Shown: in pieces, positions 1 to 14,630 of the stretch
Layout: every line of letters begins with the position of its first letter
Numbering within the stretch: the stretch's first letter is position 1
Assembly (NCBI RefSeq): GCF_009834535.1
Contig: NC_045698.1
Coordinates: 7,814,001 to 7,878,000 of the forward strand
Length of the DNA stretch: 64,000 bases
Reading direction: 5' to 3'
DNA from: Camelus ferus
Lineage: Eukaryota
Notes under the pieces: model-generated
Database searches by the model: none
Seen by the model: only the letters and a program-made list of their open reading frames with translations
What the model was told of the DNA's origin: nothing
Program-made: the position numbers and the translations under genes

Positions 1-184
1 CAAAACGGAGAAAGAGGGCAGAGGGAGAGGTGGGGACGGGAGGCAAAAAGAGAACACAAGAAGCCACGTTAGTGCAGAGTAGTCTGTTCCCCATCGCTGA
101 ATGTTCTCGATGTGGACACACACACAGAGAAGACAGTATTTCCTCCTGGGGGATGCATGGACTGTTGGTGCTGGAAGGATGTGG

Positions 185-325
185 GATTGACTCTCTGGGC
201 AAGTTATTTCATGCCTCTAAGCCTCAGCTTTTTAAATTGTAAAACAAGAATGATAATGGTACCCACCTTACAAGGTTATTGTGAGGATTAAATGAGTAAA
301 TGTGTGTGAAGCATTTAACACATGG
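185..325 (+). mobile_element. MIR SINE fragment
   Basis: MIR core ctgggcaagttattt...gcctcagc...ttgtgaggattaaatgag. Confidence 0.85.
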
Positions 326-3300
326 TGATGTCAATGGACTCAAGACCCAGTAGAAGTTAGCTAGAAGTAGGCTCCTGCTTGTTCTTCACCAAAGTCAAGA
401 AAACATATGGTAGTTCTAACATAACCTCAAAAATGCCCTGAATGGAGGTATGCTGGGACGTGTATTATTTAACAAATAAAAGTCAAAACACAAAAATGTA
501 TGCATATATGACATCTGCATTCTGGTCCCTACAAAGCAAAGAGAAACTGTTAAAGGAGGGGAGAAAAGCTTGACAAATAATAGATAAAACTAGGGGCCCT
601 TTGACATGGGGTAACAGGATGATCTGCTTGTCTCTCTGATGGGGATGCTATTGAATGATTCTATCGTATCACATTTACTAATTTGACATTTTACTTCCTG
701 CGGGAAAAAATTAAATAAAATACAACTTTGTCTCCTTAATTTGCTTTATCCTTATTCATCATGCTCCTCCCAATGACAGAGGTGCTTCCAATGACATCTT
801 TATGGAGTAAGGGAGTGCTTTACTTCGCAAAGCAACATAAGCGTTACCAATAACCCTGCAAGACAATTAATCCATCCCACCTGCAGATTCCAATGCTGTT
901 CCATTAATTTACTTCTGGAACTAAGTAAATGAGTGCCTGTAGCAAAGTTGGCTGTTCTTAAATGTTTCAGGTGGAATTGGCACATGTCCAAAGTTAAATT
1001 CCTTCCTTGTCTCCCATCCCCCAAGTAGACATATTTAGGTAGCTCCTGAAAGCCATTTGAAATATTTTTCTTCCACACACGTCTCTAAAGGATAACTTCT
1101 TTTGCTGTTTAATTCTCTGGCACGTGACACTTGAGGGCCGGAAATGGAACCCCATGGGAGGAGGCAATGCCATCTTGATTCCAGGGAGGAAGAAATAAAA
1201 CATAACCTTTGTAATTTTGGTACCTGCTCTTATCCCATGTTTAAGAGGCTTATTTTAGCTTGGACAGAAAAAGAATGCTGATGTCTAAATTACTACAATA
1301 AGAGTGTCATCATTCACTTGATGACAGCTGAAAAATGTCTGACAAAAATGCTTTGCCTGAAAACCCCCAAATGTAGCATATTTATTTTCCAATGACAGCG
1401 TTTAAAACAGACTGGAGATCCTTTGTACAAGAGTAGTCTTCTGAGCAACTTGCTTTATCTATTTATCATTAAATCACACTCAACTCTGGCTAAGAGTTTC
1501 GTTTTGTTGAGCTCAGCACACTGGCGACTTTATCATTAAATCCCACAAACCACTGTCAGACAAACTTGAATTCATTGATGCGAGAAGACGGTGGGTCCTT
1601 CTTTAGCAGGGAAGTGACGGAGGAAGGAAACAGTAAATCCTTTCAATCATCGTGCACACGGGAGCACTCCCACTCCTTAATGAGCACGGAAGACTGGTTT
1701 TGCAACCTTGGATGTTGTCAAGATTGAGAACAAAAACAAGGAGAGGGAGAGGATTCGGCTGCAGCATTTTTTTTTTTTTTAAGATTTTGTTATCTTCCTT
1801 AAAAAAAATTATGACAGACACAGTTTCATAGCTTCCCAACTCGTGAGCCCTGAATGAGAGACAAGGTGTCCCCATAGGGTCCAGGTGGCAGGAACTACCA
1901 CTTCCCCAGAGCAGCCTTTTCGACTTGCCCCAGGGCGTGGTACCAATACCATCGTTTTCCACATGAACCACAGCCTGGAAAAGAGCAGGAGTCACTGCTG
2001 TATACATGGGCACAGGGACATGAAGGGCGCCTAGGGCTCGGCGGTGCTTTGGGAGGTGATGGCGTGGGTTGGGATGCTGTGTGGATGCAGAGGACATCAT
2101 AAGAGCACAGGTCTCACCCAATGGTTGAGCCTGGCATGAGACAGAAGAGCTTCCCATCACAGAACGAACTGCTGAGGCCTGAGAAAGGGGCAGTGGCACC
2201 ACCAACCACTGCAGACTGGGGACCACTCCCTCTTCCTCTGGATTTAACTCAGTTTAAAAACAAAGTAACTGATCTGACACAGACCAAAAGCCATAGAGTG
2301 ACTCCTGCTGGTGATACCACCTGGCGGGGTGACTAATATTTCAGGACAAAAAACAAGGACTCACGACTACAAAGAGTTGGCCATGAGGGGACCGGAGACA
2401 GGAGAGCAGCCATGATGGGGAATCCTCAGACAAGGCTTGGAGTCCAGTGAAACGCTGGAAAGAGGATTCCGAAATTTCTAGCTGGGACAATGAGGTGGGT
2501 AGTGAAAACCGAGTGAATCCTAAAGGTTTAATAATAATGGACATGTTGGATTTCTATTTTCCTTTTCCACACAAAGAAAAATATGCATAATTAGTAAAAA
2601 TTAGATGGGAGAATCATGCTGCAAAAATCTCATGGGAGACAAGCAGGTCATCGGGTTCAAAAGACACTTTGATTTGTGAAAACAAAGTGACTGCCTTGCC
2701 CTGCCTCCATCTGGAATAGGTATTTTTCATTATCCATTCTCATTGCATCCTATGCTACAACACAATGCTCCCTGAGATGAAAACAAAACAAACAACAGCT
2801 CCGCCGCCACTACCAACAAAAAGGTCACCCTGTCTCGCTCAAATTCTCAACGGGAATGAATCCTTGGACCACTTCTTCGAAGTTACTTAGTCTATAAGCA
2901 AAACAATTTTACCTCTGACTTTTGCAATTCTGATATAACTACTGGAGATATTGCATTAAAAAACCCTGCTGTTTCTATCAATACAGACCAACTGTAACTT
3001 TGTGACTTTGCTACCATTCCTCCCCTGTGTGTTTGTAAACTGCACGTAAAAACGATTTTCTCTTTATGGTTCTTTTTGGGAGTCTTTACATTTAGAGTTG
3101 GGCACAGGAAGGTGTGTGGACAGACTCAGGAGAGCTAACAAACTGTGTTGCCCCAGAAGGGGGCTCCTTGTAGAGTTCTTGTGGGATGTCTGCGCTCGGG
3201 TAACAGCTTGACTCTTGCAGACTACGCCTGTTTCTGTGTTGTTTGTTTATATCTGTTCCTATTTCTATTTCAGGACTAAGCCTATTTCTGGTATTGATTT

Positions 3301-3654
3301 GTGTGCTGTCACTTGGTTCCCCCATTGGTGGCAGCAATATTGAGTGGTGGTTTTCTGGTCTAACCACCTGTGCACTCCCGAGTCCCTTCCCATGCTAATG
3401 GTACATCACTCTGAATCACTGATACCGTCCTCTGTATAGCTGGGCTTTGTGATGCAACATGGTAAACTCAAATCTCTCAATCCAGCTTTAGAGAAGAGAT
3501 ATTTAAAAAAAAATGTCAGCTGGAACGGAGAACAGCCCTGGATGAGGAACATTGTGCCTCCTTCATCTGTGAGGTCTTGGTACCTCCTTGGCTTCCCTGT
3601 TTCTGGAGCTGTTAAAACTGACCTCTGAGTTTGTGCTAAGATGCTCTAAATTAA

Positions 3655-4140
3655 TTTTTTTTTCAGTTTTTTTAATGGTCTTAAAAAAACGCATAGTAGA
3701 AATTCACCATCTTGCCCATTTGAAGTGGGCAGTTCAGGGATATTAAGTAAACTCATACTGTTGTGCCACCATCACCACCGTGTAGCTCCAGAACTCTTTT
3801 CCTCTTGCAAAACTGAAACTCTTTTAAACCATTAAATAACTCCTGGTCCCTCCAGCCCCCTACAACCAACATTCTACTTTCTATCTCTATGATTTTGACT
3901 ACTCTACCCAACTCCACACAAGTGGAATCATATAGTGTATGTCTTTATTTTGCTTAGCATAATGTCTTCACGCTTCATCCATACTGTAGAAAATACCAGA
4001 ATTTCCTTGCTTTTTAAGTCTGAATGACATCCCATTGTATGCACATCCATTCATCTGCTGGTGGGCACTTGGGTTGCTTCTTCACTTTAGTCATTGTGAA
4101 TATTTAGTTATTCTATGAACTGAGGGGCACAATATCCTTT
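3655..4140 (-). mobile_element. Old L1 (L1MB/L1MA-like) 3' end
   Basis: Poly-T followed by antisense L1 3' UTR motifs (ccatcaccacc, aaactgaaactc, agtggaatcata, cttagcataatgtctt). Confidence 0.8.
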
Positions 4141-6480
4141 CTTTTTCAATCTATGTGTCTTTGGATCTAAAGCGAGTCTCTTGTAGACAGCATAGAGTTG
4201 GATTATGTTTTTTTTCCCATTCTGTTAACCTCTGACTTTTGATTGGAGAGCTTAAACCCTTTATATTGAAAATAATTATTTTAAGGAGGAGTTACTTCTG
4301 TTGTTTTGTTATTTGTTTTCTAAATGCCTTGTAACATTTTTTGCCCCTCATTTCCTACATTATTGTCTCTTTAGTGTTTGATTTTTTTTTTTAAGTGAAA
4401 TGTTTCAACTCCCTTCTCATCTCTTTTTGTGTATATTTTGTACCTATTTTCTTTGTGGTTGCCATGTGGATTACATTTAATATCCTAAAGTTATGACACT
4501 CCAATTTAAATTTACACCAGCTTAACTTCAATAACATACAAAGAACTCTGTTCATTCATAGCTCTACCCCTACCCTTTTAAATTATGGATGTCACAAAAT
4601 TACATCTTTGTATGTTGTGTTCAAAAAAGATAAAATAATAATTTTTTAATGCATTGGTCTCTTAAAGTATATAGAACAGAAAATGTGGAGTTTTAAGCCA
4701 AAGGTACAATAATACTAGCTTTTAGACTAATAATTTTTTACAAAGGCATTATTCTCTTGAATCATGTTTTAAAACAAAGTAGTCACGAACTGTGGTTACA
4801 GTAATACTAGCTTTTATAATTACCATACATTTACCTTCACTGAGATCTCTATTTCTTTAATATGACTTCTGATTACTGTCCTTTATTTCAAATTGCAAGA
4901 TTACCTTTACTTGCGGGGCAGGTCTAGTGATGATAAACTCCCCCAGCGTTCGTTTACCTGGGGATGTCTTGATTTCTCCTTTGTTTTTGAAAGACAGTTT
5001 GGCCAAATACAGGATTCTTGGTTGACAGTTTTTCTCTTTTAGCGCTTTGAAAAGATAGCCCATTGCTTTCTGGCTTCCAAAGTTTCTGATGAGAAATCTG
5101 TTTCTATCTTATTGAGGATCCCTTGTATTTGATGAGTCACTTCTCTTTTGCTGCTTTCAAAATTCACTCTATCTGTCTTTGGACAGTCTGTCTCAGTGTG
5201 GGTCTCTGATTTATCCTACTCAGAGTCTGTTGAGCTTCTTGAATGTTTATATTCATGTTTTTCATTAAATTTGGGAAGTTTTCAGGCATTATGTCTCCAA
5301 ATAATCTCTGTCCCTTTCTGTCTTCTTCGGGGGCTTCAAGTATGCTGTTTGCCTGATAGTGACTGACAGATTCCTTAGGCTCTGTTCATTTTTCTTTAAT
5401 TTGTTTCCTTTCTATTCCTTGCACTTGATCATTTTAATTGCCCTATTTTCAACTTCACTGATTCTTCTTCATGCTAAAATGTGCCCTGGAATCCATTAGT
5501 GGCTTTTTCATTTCAATTATCAAAATTTTCAGCTCTAGAATTTCTTTTTTGTTTTCTTTTAAGTTTCCTATCTCTTTAATGATATTTCCATTTTATTCAC
5601 ACGTTTATTTGCTTAACTTTCTCCATGTCTTCTTTGAGTTCTTGGAGCATCTTTCCAAATGGCATCAGTTCTGCCCTTTGGTCTTTCTCAGGGACAGTTC
5701 CTGCTGGTTCATTTTTCTCCTGTGGATGGGCAACACTTCCCTATTTCTTTGTATACACAGTGATTTTGCTGTTGTTGAAAACTGAACATTGACATCTAAC
5801 AATGGAGTAACCCTGGAAATCAGATTCTTCCCCCTCTCCTTGCCTGGGTTTGCTAGTTTTTGTTTTTAATTGTCGGAGGATGTCTGTGCGCTAAGGTGTA
5901 AACTTAAGGTCTCCTCAGGTCTTTTCTGAACCCCATGCCTTTCCCTGAGCATGCATGGTCATTTTCTAAATTTCCCCATACATGCATTTACTTTTGAATG
6001 TCCTAGTCTTTAAGGTCTGGCTCCCAAAAGGGGGAAAAGAGAACAATGAAAGGGGAGGGAAGGACATCAATCCTTTAACTTCCCTGGAAGTCACTTCAGC
6101 CGAAGGGTGAGGGGTTTTCAAGTAGGAGTGTGTGAACAGTGACTGCCTCCACGATCAGTAGCAACAATCTGAACACAGAGCCCCAACATTTGGAAGACAG
6201 AGTCCTTACTGCCCACCCTGGTTCCCACCAGCTGCATACAAGCTGCTTGGTAAGCACATGTTTAGCTGCCTGCCAAGGGGCTTGGAGTGAGAAATGGGTA
6301 GCTGCTACTGTGCTGAGAGCTGAAAATGACCAAAATTAACCATAATTTACCATCCAAGCTGTCCCTTGACAGTCGCAAGCCTTCATTCGACTCAAGTTTC
6401 AAAATAGTTACATTGGACAGATTGGGCCAGTGAGACACAGATTGGGCCAGTGAGACTGCAGTCTGTGCGGGGGGTCAGAT
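4140..6480 (-). mobile_element. Old L1M fragment (ORF1/inter-ORF region)
   Basis: ORF 4857-5063 (-) gives LKEKNCQPRILYLAKLSFKNKGEIKT, the L1 ORF1p C-terminal motif; T-rich antisense L1 composition. Confidence 0.8.
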
Positions 6481-8183
6481 TCCTGAATTCTCTCCCCACT
6501 CTGAATTTACACTGATCAGTGGTTGAAGATGTAAAAGCGAGGCACTGATTTTCTTGTGATTGTGTATCTATAGGAAAATGTGAAAAGAGCCTTTAGCTCC
6601 TTTGCCCAAGGAAAATCTTTAGTCCTTACTAACGATCAGCAGTGCAACGCTCTGTGCGGAGGCACAGCTCTTTCTGCAATGCTGTTAGCTCCTTTTCCTC
6701 ATTCCTTTGTCTTTTTGGAAAAGCTTGGAGTTTAATGTTTCATAAAATCTACCACTTTGAGGACATCTAATACAAACAGCTTATCATGAAAGGGGAGAAA
6801 GCATATGCCAAAAAAAAAAAAAATCTATATTTTAAAACTGGTATATGTGGCTTTTAGACCAAAGAGGTGACACATTCACTATGGCATTGCTTGGTTATTG
6901 AGAAGGTTTGAATGTCTGTTTACATGGGAAAATTTGGAACTAAGCTGCAGTTATTTTCTGTCTTTAGGCAATAAGAACTTATATTTTGTGTCCCCTGACA
7001 GCCCTTTTTGAAATTGCCTTCTCCAAATCTATACCCCATAGTCAAACTAATAAAACTTTAAAAAATATTTTACATCTAAACCGTCTTTCGTGTTTCCCAG
7101 ACTGCTGCTGGGTAACATCAAAGAGTTTTCTTTATCATCTTATGAAATAAGGGATGTTAGGAATAATTAGGTTATGTTTGGTATTCTACAGATTTTTATT
7201 TGGTTTATTACTATTGTAAGAGCTTTCCTATTTATCAAGCCTCCAACAACAAAAAAAAAGACCTGGCAAATGAAAAAAAGAGAAACTCAACCTCCACTTA
7301 ATGATGACAAGTCTTGTGATGATGCTCCAGAAGTTACGGACCTTTCAGTTTGGTTGGAAGCAGGCTCCCTTTCATGTTAGAGGCTGGCGCAATAACGGCC
7401 AGCAAGTTTTTAAAAGAAAGATTCCATTTCTAGGCTTAAAAGAGCCTTTTCAGTTGGTGGGAATCCTAACATACTCTTGGTGGGATAAATTAAAAGATCC
7501 TGGTGAGTTTTCAGTGCCCTCACTGTCTGTAATATATACTTACTATAATGGTAGTGACTGACTACCTTCTCATAAAACTAAACTTGTCTCCATTTGGATA
7601 TGATTGGTTGTGATGAGTAAATAATCAGAGCAATTCTGCCTTATCATTAACAAGTGGTGTCTGATTTTCTCTCACACTCTCCCAAAGACCCCGCCAGGGC
7701 CACAGATCAGTAATTGGGTCTGCTGGAAGAAACATCAAAAGAGCCTGATTAAAGAACTCTAATAGGAACCCTTAACGCTTGGTACAATGGAAAACAGGCT
7801 CTTGGTTACAGATCTCCCTGCAAGGTGATATCCTTACAGCAAAGGCGCATCTCTCAGACGACCGAGGGATGGCGTCAGGGTTCCAGAACTCATTCACTCT
7901 GGGAATCTGCACTGCTAACTAACCCAAGATCAAGAGAGCAAGGATTAATTACTTAGACTAAATGAAACAAATTTACTTGAGGTTAATGTTCTATTTTGAA
8001 TTGGGCATGTTACAAAGTCCTTCTTTCTATTTCCTGTCTTTAATGCTTGATGTAACAGGTTATGCTTATAATAACGAGGTGAAACGTTCTTTAAGTGGGA
8101 TCTTGTTCTAGTCAAGCCTTCAGAACTCAGGAAAAAAGGAAAATTCTTCAAATAGATAAGATAATAAGCTATCAGGAAAAATT

Positions 8184-8208
8184 AATCATCATCATCATCA
8201 TCATTATC
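8184..8208. repeat. (ATC)n microsatellite
   Basis: aatcatcatcatcatcatcattatc. Confidence 0.85.
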
Positions 8209-11200
8209 CTGTTTAACAATGTATGTTGCTTGGTCCTCCCTACACAACTTAAAACAGTACTTAAATAATACTAAAAAAAAAAAAAAAAAAAAAGAAGCCC
8301 TGGCTAACCTGTTTACCTTCTTTAACCATAGATTTTTATAGATTGAACTACAGTCTGTCTTCCCTTCTACTGGGACATCACTGAAAAAATTAAATCCGTA
8401 TCCATGACCATGCCACAGAGGCCACATTTAAAGGCAAATATAATTTAATTACATATGATAAGCCCATTAAAAAGCAAGGAGACCTTATGTGTGGGACTAG
8501 TGCCCACAGCACCCTCCCAGGACACTGGCCTGACTCGTCTTGTGTGGCCTACAGTAGCCTCGCCCTCCAGGCATCACGGACAGGAGTATTGAAAGTTGGG
8601 GCTCAGAGAGACGGAACAACCCCTGCGTCCCAGGTAACGGAGGTGAGGCTGCCAGTGCTGGGTCACTGAGCCCAGCAGACGAGGCGAAAGGGAATAAAAT
8701 ATTTCTATGACACAAAGAAACCAAAATGACCAACCTAGGATCTACAAGCAAAACAAAAGTTAACTCTCGAGCTTTATTATCACATCGGTCTGGTTTTGGT
8801 AACCGTGTCCAGAGGACTTTATGAATGAGTTTACCTATGTTTGTATAACTGGTCAAATTTGGAAACCATCAGATTAATGGTCACAAACAAGAAAACTGCT
8901 AAGCAAACACCAGCGGTTAAATCTGCATCTGAGGGGCAGAACGTCAGCATTAGGAGGGCCGTGAAGGAAAACTGGTACCTTGTTTTGCCTCCTTCCTGAC
9001 TGCCTGCACATCATGTGCTCATCACAGCCCAGGGTCAGGAAAACAGAACAAAACAAGACAGCAGCCCAGGGAAACAAATCAAGAAAAGAAAGACAAAACA
9101 CAGGCTCGCCCTTCCAGCCCTAGCCCCAAATAATGAATCTTCGAGTAATCTTCTAGCAGCTACTGACTCCCAAACCAACTTTATCTCTGATGTTTGCAAC
9201 CCTGATACGTGACAGCCAGCAGATTATCTTGTGAGAAAACTGCCGTTTGTCCCCCATGAACTGACTAACCATGGTGAATTTGTGCTTTTTTATTTTAAAT
9301 GGGGAAGGCTGTCTCTTCTTAAGTCTGGATCCCTTGCAACAATTTGTAGTAAAAATCTCTTTCTCTTGATGCTTCTGTCTGTCTACCTCCCTTTCACAGA
9401 CTGGAAAATGGCTGTGGTTTGATCATGTCAGCCCCTTCTTCCCAGAATGGTACCCGTTCATCTCCACACCTGCCCCTTTGCTTCTGCTGGATTCAAATAA
9501 ATATTTAATGAGCTGCATTAATTTTTTAAAAAATGAACCTTCTTTTATGTTCCTTGTAGTTGCTTTAATTGATTAATGATTTATCTAAATAGAAAGAGAG
9601 AAGGGGAGAGAGAGGGACAGTCAGGGTAAGAAGGGAGGCTGGGAATCAGCGGTTGCTGCAGGCAGAGGCTGACACAAATGCTGGGAGAAACACTCAAGTT
9701 CCTTATGCTCCTTTCTAATGACTGTGACTTGAAAAAGCAAGCACGACCTTATGACACGTATCAGAACCTCTCTCACATGCCTGAATTGGTAAGCAGTCGG
9801 TCTGAGAAAATGATTCAAACAGTAATTCAACCCTCTGAATAGAAATCATATTGAGGAAAGCAAATCTTACAGGTTCGCGGTATATGCTACGCAGTCCTTC
9901 CAAGAATTACCACGTCCAAATATATAACCTATTCCATCTGTTTGGAAGACAAAAGGGATTGTATTTTTGAGCACCTTGAGATCTTATGCAGAAGATTTCA
10001 CTGACTTAGACTCTGAGAAATTCTCACATTGTTGAAGTGTCAAGAAGTAAGGGAGTGAGTAGAAACACGGAGGAGAAGGTGGCTAAGATGCGCACATTTA
10101 ACTTGCCTAAGAATCACTCTAAAAATAAAAGCCACAGTTAATTAACAGGAGGCTTGCTGAAGCTCCTTTTTGAACTGGAAATGAATGAATTTTTGAGAAA
10201 TACTGAAAATGAGGCAAGTAACTGGTATAATACATTTTAACGGGATTTAAATCACTTGATTAAATACTAAGCATGATAGCAAAAAAATATTATCTCAATT
10301 CACTCCTTAATTTTAGCAGAAAGGAAGTAAAGGTGAAAATTTAAACACCGATTCCAGCTTCAGGGGAGAAACCTACAAAGGCTTATTATTTTTAGGTCCA
10401 GATTGCTATCTAACAAAGATCCAAAACTCCCCTGGGATGAGCATTTCAATGGTGTGTCTGAGACAGATGAGGTCGGTATTTCTGTAAGAAAAGTTTGTTT
10501 TCAGGGGTAGAATCGGAAATTAGTCCTCTGGCCAGATATCAGCACGTTTGGATAATGGTCGTGCACTGATTAATGCGAAGAGTCTGATGAAGTGCAACAT
10601 TGTATCCTGTGTTCTCGCTTTCTCAAACTGATCTACCCCCCTGCCAAAATAAAAAGTAGTCTCCACAAAGAGCACAAATAGAGGGAATCAGCTAGAGGTC
10701 TTCTTCATATATTACTACTCATAGTTTATGTTACGGAGTGCTTTACCTTTTTCAAGAAAAGTCACTTCTGTTTCAGTTTCTGCTTTGCATCTCCCCAGGG
10801 GTACAGAAAAGGCAGGTACCATTTCCAATTTACATACAGACAGATGCAGGCTAAAGAGATTAAATGGTGTGTGTGAGGTTGCAGGACTATCTCTTGGCTT
10901 TGGTATCTTTCTGTGAGTCTCTTGGCCAGAAACTTCTCTCTCCCACCAGCCCTCCTCACTCCCACCTCTGAGCTCTTTTCACAGGTATAATCTGTCCTGC
11001 CTGTAAGACACCTACCCCAAAGCTCACTGATTCGAACGATACGTTCACTGAAGTTGCACCTAGTTAGCTTGCGTGTGTAACCGATCTTTCCAACAATAAT
11101 ATAAACAGGACAGGATGGCATCTAATAACCTTACACTTCCTGATAAATGAATAAACAATTTACTGAGCTCTCTGACTACACAATGTGAGATGCAACCACA

Positions 11201-14200
11201 GCGCTGTGATGAGAATGCATTCACATTTATTATCCTGCTGCGGGCGTCACCTACTTCTGTGACAGGTCCCTGGAACACCAGTTTGACAGGATGCTGTATT
11301 CTAAGAAGGGTTTCACTGCAGCACGTGTGTGGGAGATGCCGCGCTTGGCACTCGGAGACTTACAATGTATGGCAGCAAAGCGAAGGCCATTCCCAGACCG
11401 ACAGTTACACAAAATGCAACCACTTGGTGAACTGAGTTTAACCTCGAGTTTCCCAAATTTATCCGAAAAGAGGAACCTTTTTGGGCATGACACCCGTTCC
11501 CCTCCCAGAGGACCGGGGTCTGGGGGCCTCACTCCGGGTGGTCCTGCTGGATTAGGGCAGCTGCATTTCTGCTCGTGTTACTATTATTCTTCCATGTCAC
11601 CGAATACCCACACATCCGTCCCACCAAAGACATCCTAGCTTCACAGCAACCTGACTTACTGTGGATGAAACTCAGAATTGCTCTGCCCATGCCAAGGACA
11701 GCTGGAGAGAATGCATGGTAGTTAGTGCATTTTAAGATCGGCTGTTAGGAGTTGCTCACTGTAAACACACCCTGTTCCTAAATGCATCAGTCTTTTTCTG
11801 ACTTCTATACATTCACCCCTTACCCCCATTCTTTGTTCACAGAGGACTTCGTAAACCAGAGAGATAAATGTCACAGAAGAAGGATATATGGTTATCCGCC
11901 TATAATTCCACCTTCCTCATCAATCAGTGAGTTGCTTATGGAAGAATTCCCAGGGCAGGTTCTCAAATAGAGGAAGTTCATAGACGGAAATTCACTTAAT
12001 GTTATGTCCCAAGTTGATTTTCTTCCTAGGACCTGCCAGCCAAGTCAAGTGCTGGTTTCCACTAGGCAATTCTGATTTATATTACTGAACTGAGCTTTGG
12101 ATACCAGTGGGTCTTATCTGGATTTGGGGGACTGGCTCCCCAAGGTCTGATTTTGTTTATATAAACCCTGGGCATGAAAGACCCACCTTCACAGTTGAAA
12201 TAAATGTCAGAGAGCAGGTAACTGGAGGCAGTGTGGGGTCGACTGGAGCCATCAATCCATCTAACCTTCTAACACACATCATGGACACTAAATTATATGC
12301 CAGGGGCCTGAACTTATTCCATATCTTATAAACCCCCCGTCTCCCTTATGCTGAGGAGATAATCTCCTTCTCTAGACACAAGATGGTGTAGAGCAGTTCT
12401 CACTAACAAAAGTGATCATTCCTTTTCTTTAAGAAAAAAAATCTTCTCTTCATTTGTCCTACTTTGAGATTGATTTTTAAGTCTTTATTTATATAACTCA
12501 ATGTCTAGGTCAAAGATTAATTTTTAGTTTCTGTCCATATGTAATTTTTTTTTTAGAATAAAGAAATTTGGTATCTTTTATATTTTTGATAGTAGGAAGA
12601 ATGCCAATTTTGGTTTGGGGTTCCTTATTGGAACCCAAAGATAATGACAAATCATTTTAATAAAAATGGGTTGTGTTTTAGATATTTCTCCAAATTCCCT
12701 AGCTAGTGAAAAACACTCCTCCTGTGAACTAAAAAATATATTGGGCTATAGAACATTGCTTGTTTCTTTATTAAGTAACCACAGTGGACCTTTCATATGA
12801 AATTGTTGGCATTATTAATGTATCTAGAATTCTACTGTTTATATATTGTAGGTTTCTGTGTGTGTACAACTAAAACTTAAGGGATTTACACTTTGATGAA
12901 TTTAAAACTCTGGTAAGTGTGTTTGTACTATACTAAAATAAAATCAACAACTCATAATTATGTGGACAATCCACAAGGTGATAGATAGAAAAAAGATAAG
13001 GTATGATGATAATGAGTAAAAAGAGACCAAGTAGATACAAAGGCAGAAGCAAAAAATGAGCCCAGAGAACCAGAAATGGACCAAAGTTGATTTCCACCAG
13101 TCCTACTTGATCAAAATGACTAAATATTAGCTCTGAGCCCAGCTGACGACACATTCATTACGAGCAACATTTAATATTGCAAAATTGTAGGAAAAGAAAA
13201 AAAACTGGACAGTCCTTTGGCAGTTTCTTTATTGTAAAGGGATTTCACTTGGAGCAAAGGAGGAAGATACACTGAACAGAAGAGATTGTAAGGAAGATTA
13301 AAAAAAGGTAGGAAAATATTAGACAGAGTTTCGGTAGATCAGTTGCCCCCAAGCCCAGCAGAACAGCTGGTGGTTGAGTTTTCTTACCTAAACAGTTGCA
13401 GTTTTTGAAAATGGGAAGCATGCACTTGTCTCAGGCAGAAGAGAGAGGGGGTCTGTCTGAGAGTGACCTGCACACTCTAGTGATGGCAGCCTCCGCCCTG
13501 CGGGGATCTGACTATCCTGGCTGGCTGCTCTCACCGCGGTGTGGTCTGCTGATGGGAGGGCCACCTCCTCAGTAGGAATGACTTCTTCCCAGTGTCAACT
13601 TCTAGAACGGACACTGCAGGCTTAGCCCTGGCGCTCTGTCAAGCTGATGCAGCATGATAGAAAAGAATCACCCAGGAGCCTACACTCTGGTCTACAAACA
13701 GTTAATGATTATAATGCAATGATGGTGGTCAGCAACATCAAAACAAACCCCAAATCTACGCAAATCCAAACCAAGCATTCAGCAAAAACAACTGGGAGTC
13801 TTCACGTGATCGAAATGCTTTCTGCGTGCTGCGTGTAGTCCAGGGTGGCATCTCTGCTACCTTATTTTCAAAGTCAATAGGAACGCAGAGTATGCTTCCA
13901 GGAATGTGCGGGCCATCAGCTCTTCTGAAAGGGTGACGATCCGGTGGTGCTAGTCTGGCCTAACTTAGTGCCACTAGCTACCCGGAGATCTCACAGCAGC
14001 TTCTTTCCTTCCAGGGACAAATGGCAAAGGCCAAGTACAGGAGCTGCGAGGTGGGCAGGGCCTGGAATTAACAGCCTTATTCAAGGAAGGGAAACCATGA
14101 CCTGGGAGAGGGCAGAGAGCCACCTGGCGCTCCTGCTCTTCCTCAAGGAAGTCAGGCCAGAGCCCAGCTGGAGAGGAATTCGGGACTTCAGGGAGGTGTC

Positions 14201-14244
14201 CCCTTAGCCACTGTGGGTGATGCTCAGGTGTCAGAAATCTATTT

Positions 14245-14630
14245 CTATCAGAAATTTATTTTCTCACAGTTCTTGAGGCCAGAAGTCTGAAATCAAGGTG
14301 TCGGCAGGGCCCAGCTCCCTCAAGGCTCCAGGAGAGCCTCTTCCAGCTTCTGGTGGCTCCTGGCATTTACCGACTCATGGCTGCGTCACCCCAGTCTCCG
14401 CCTCCATCTTCCCAGGGCCATCTCCTCTGTGTGTCTGTGTCATCTCCAACTCTGCCAAGTGACACTTGTCACTGATTTAGGGCCCGCCTGAGTAGTTGTG
14501 ATCATCTTATCCCAAGATCCTTAACTTAATTACATCTGCAGAGGTTATTTTTCCAAATAAGGTCACATTCAGACATTGTGAGGATTTGAATGTAGATCTG
14601 TATTTTGAGGAGCCACCATTCAACTCACTG
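14245..14630 (-). mobile_element. MLT1 (MaLR) LTR
   Basis: tttattttctcacagttct...gaggccagaagtctgaaatcaaggtgtcggcagggcc...ttaattacatctgca...ccaaataaggtcacattc. Confidence 0.85.

Noticed and set aside
1603..2226. 207-aa ORF on the minus strand
   Set aside because: No recognisable domain, runs through an A-run (KKKK), no exon-like boundaries; a chance intronic ORF.
2359..2376. AG|TC|GTGAGT possible 2-nt microexon on the minus strand
   Set aside because: Frame-shifting, short pyrimidine tract and no convincing AG-exclusion context; likely chance.
13383..13395. tttAG|GTAAGA recursive-site-like motif on the minus strand
   Set aside because: The upstream tract is A-rich, so the acceptor is weak.
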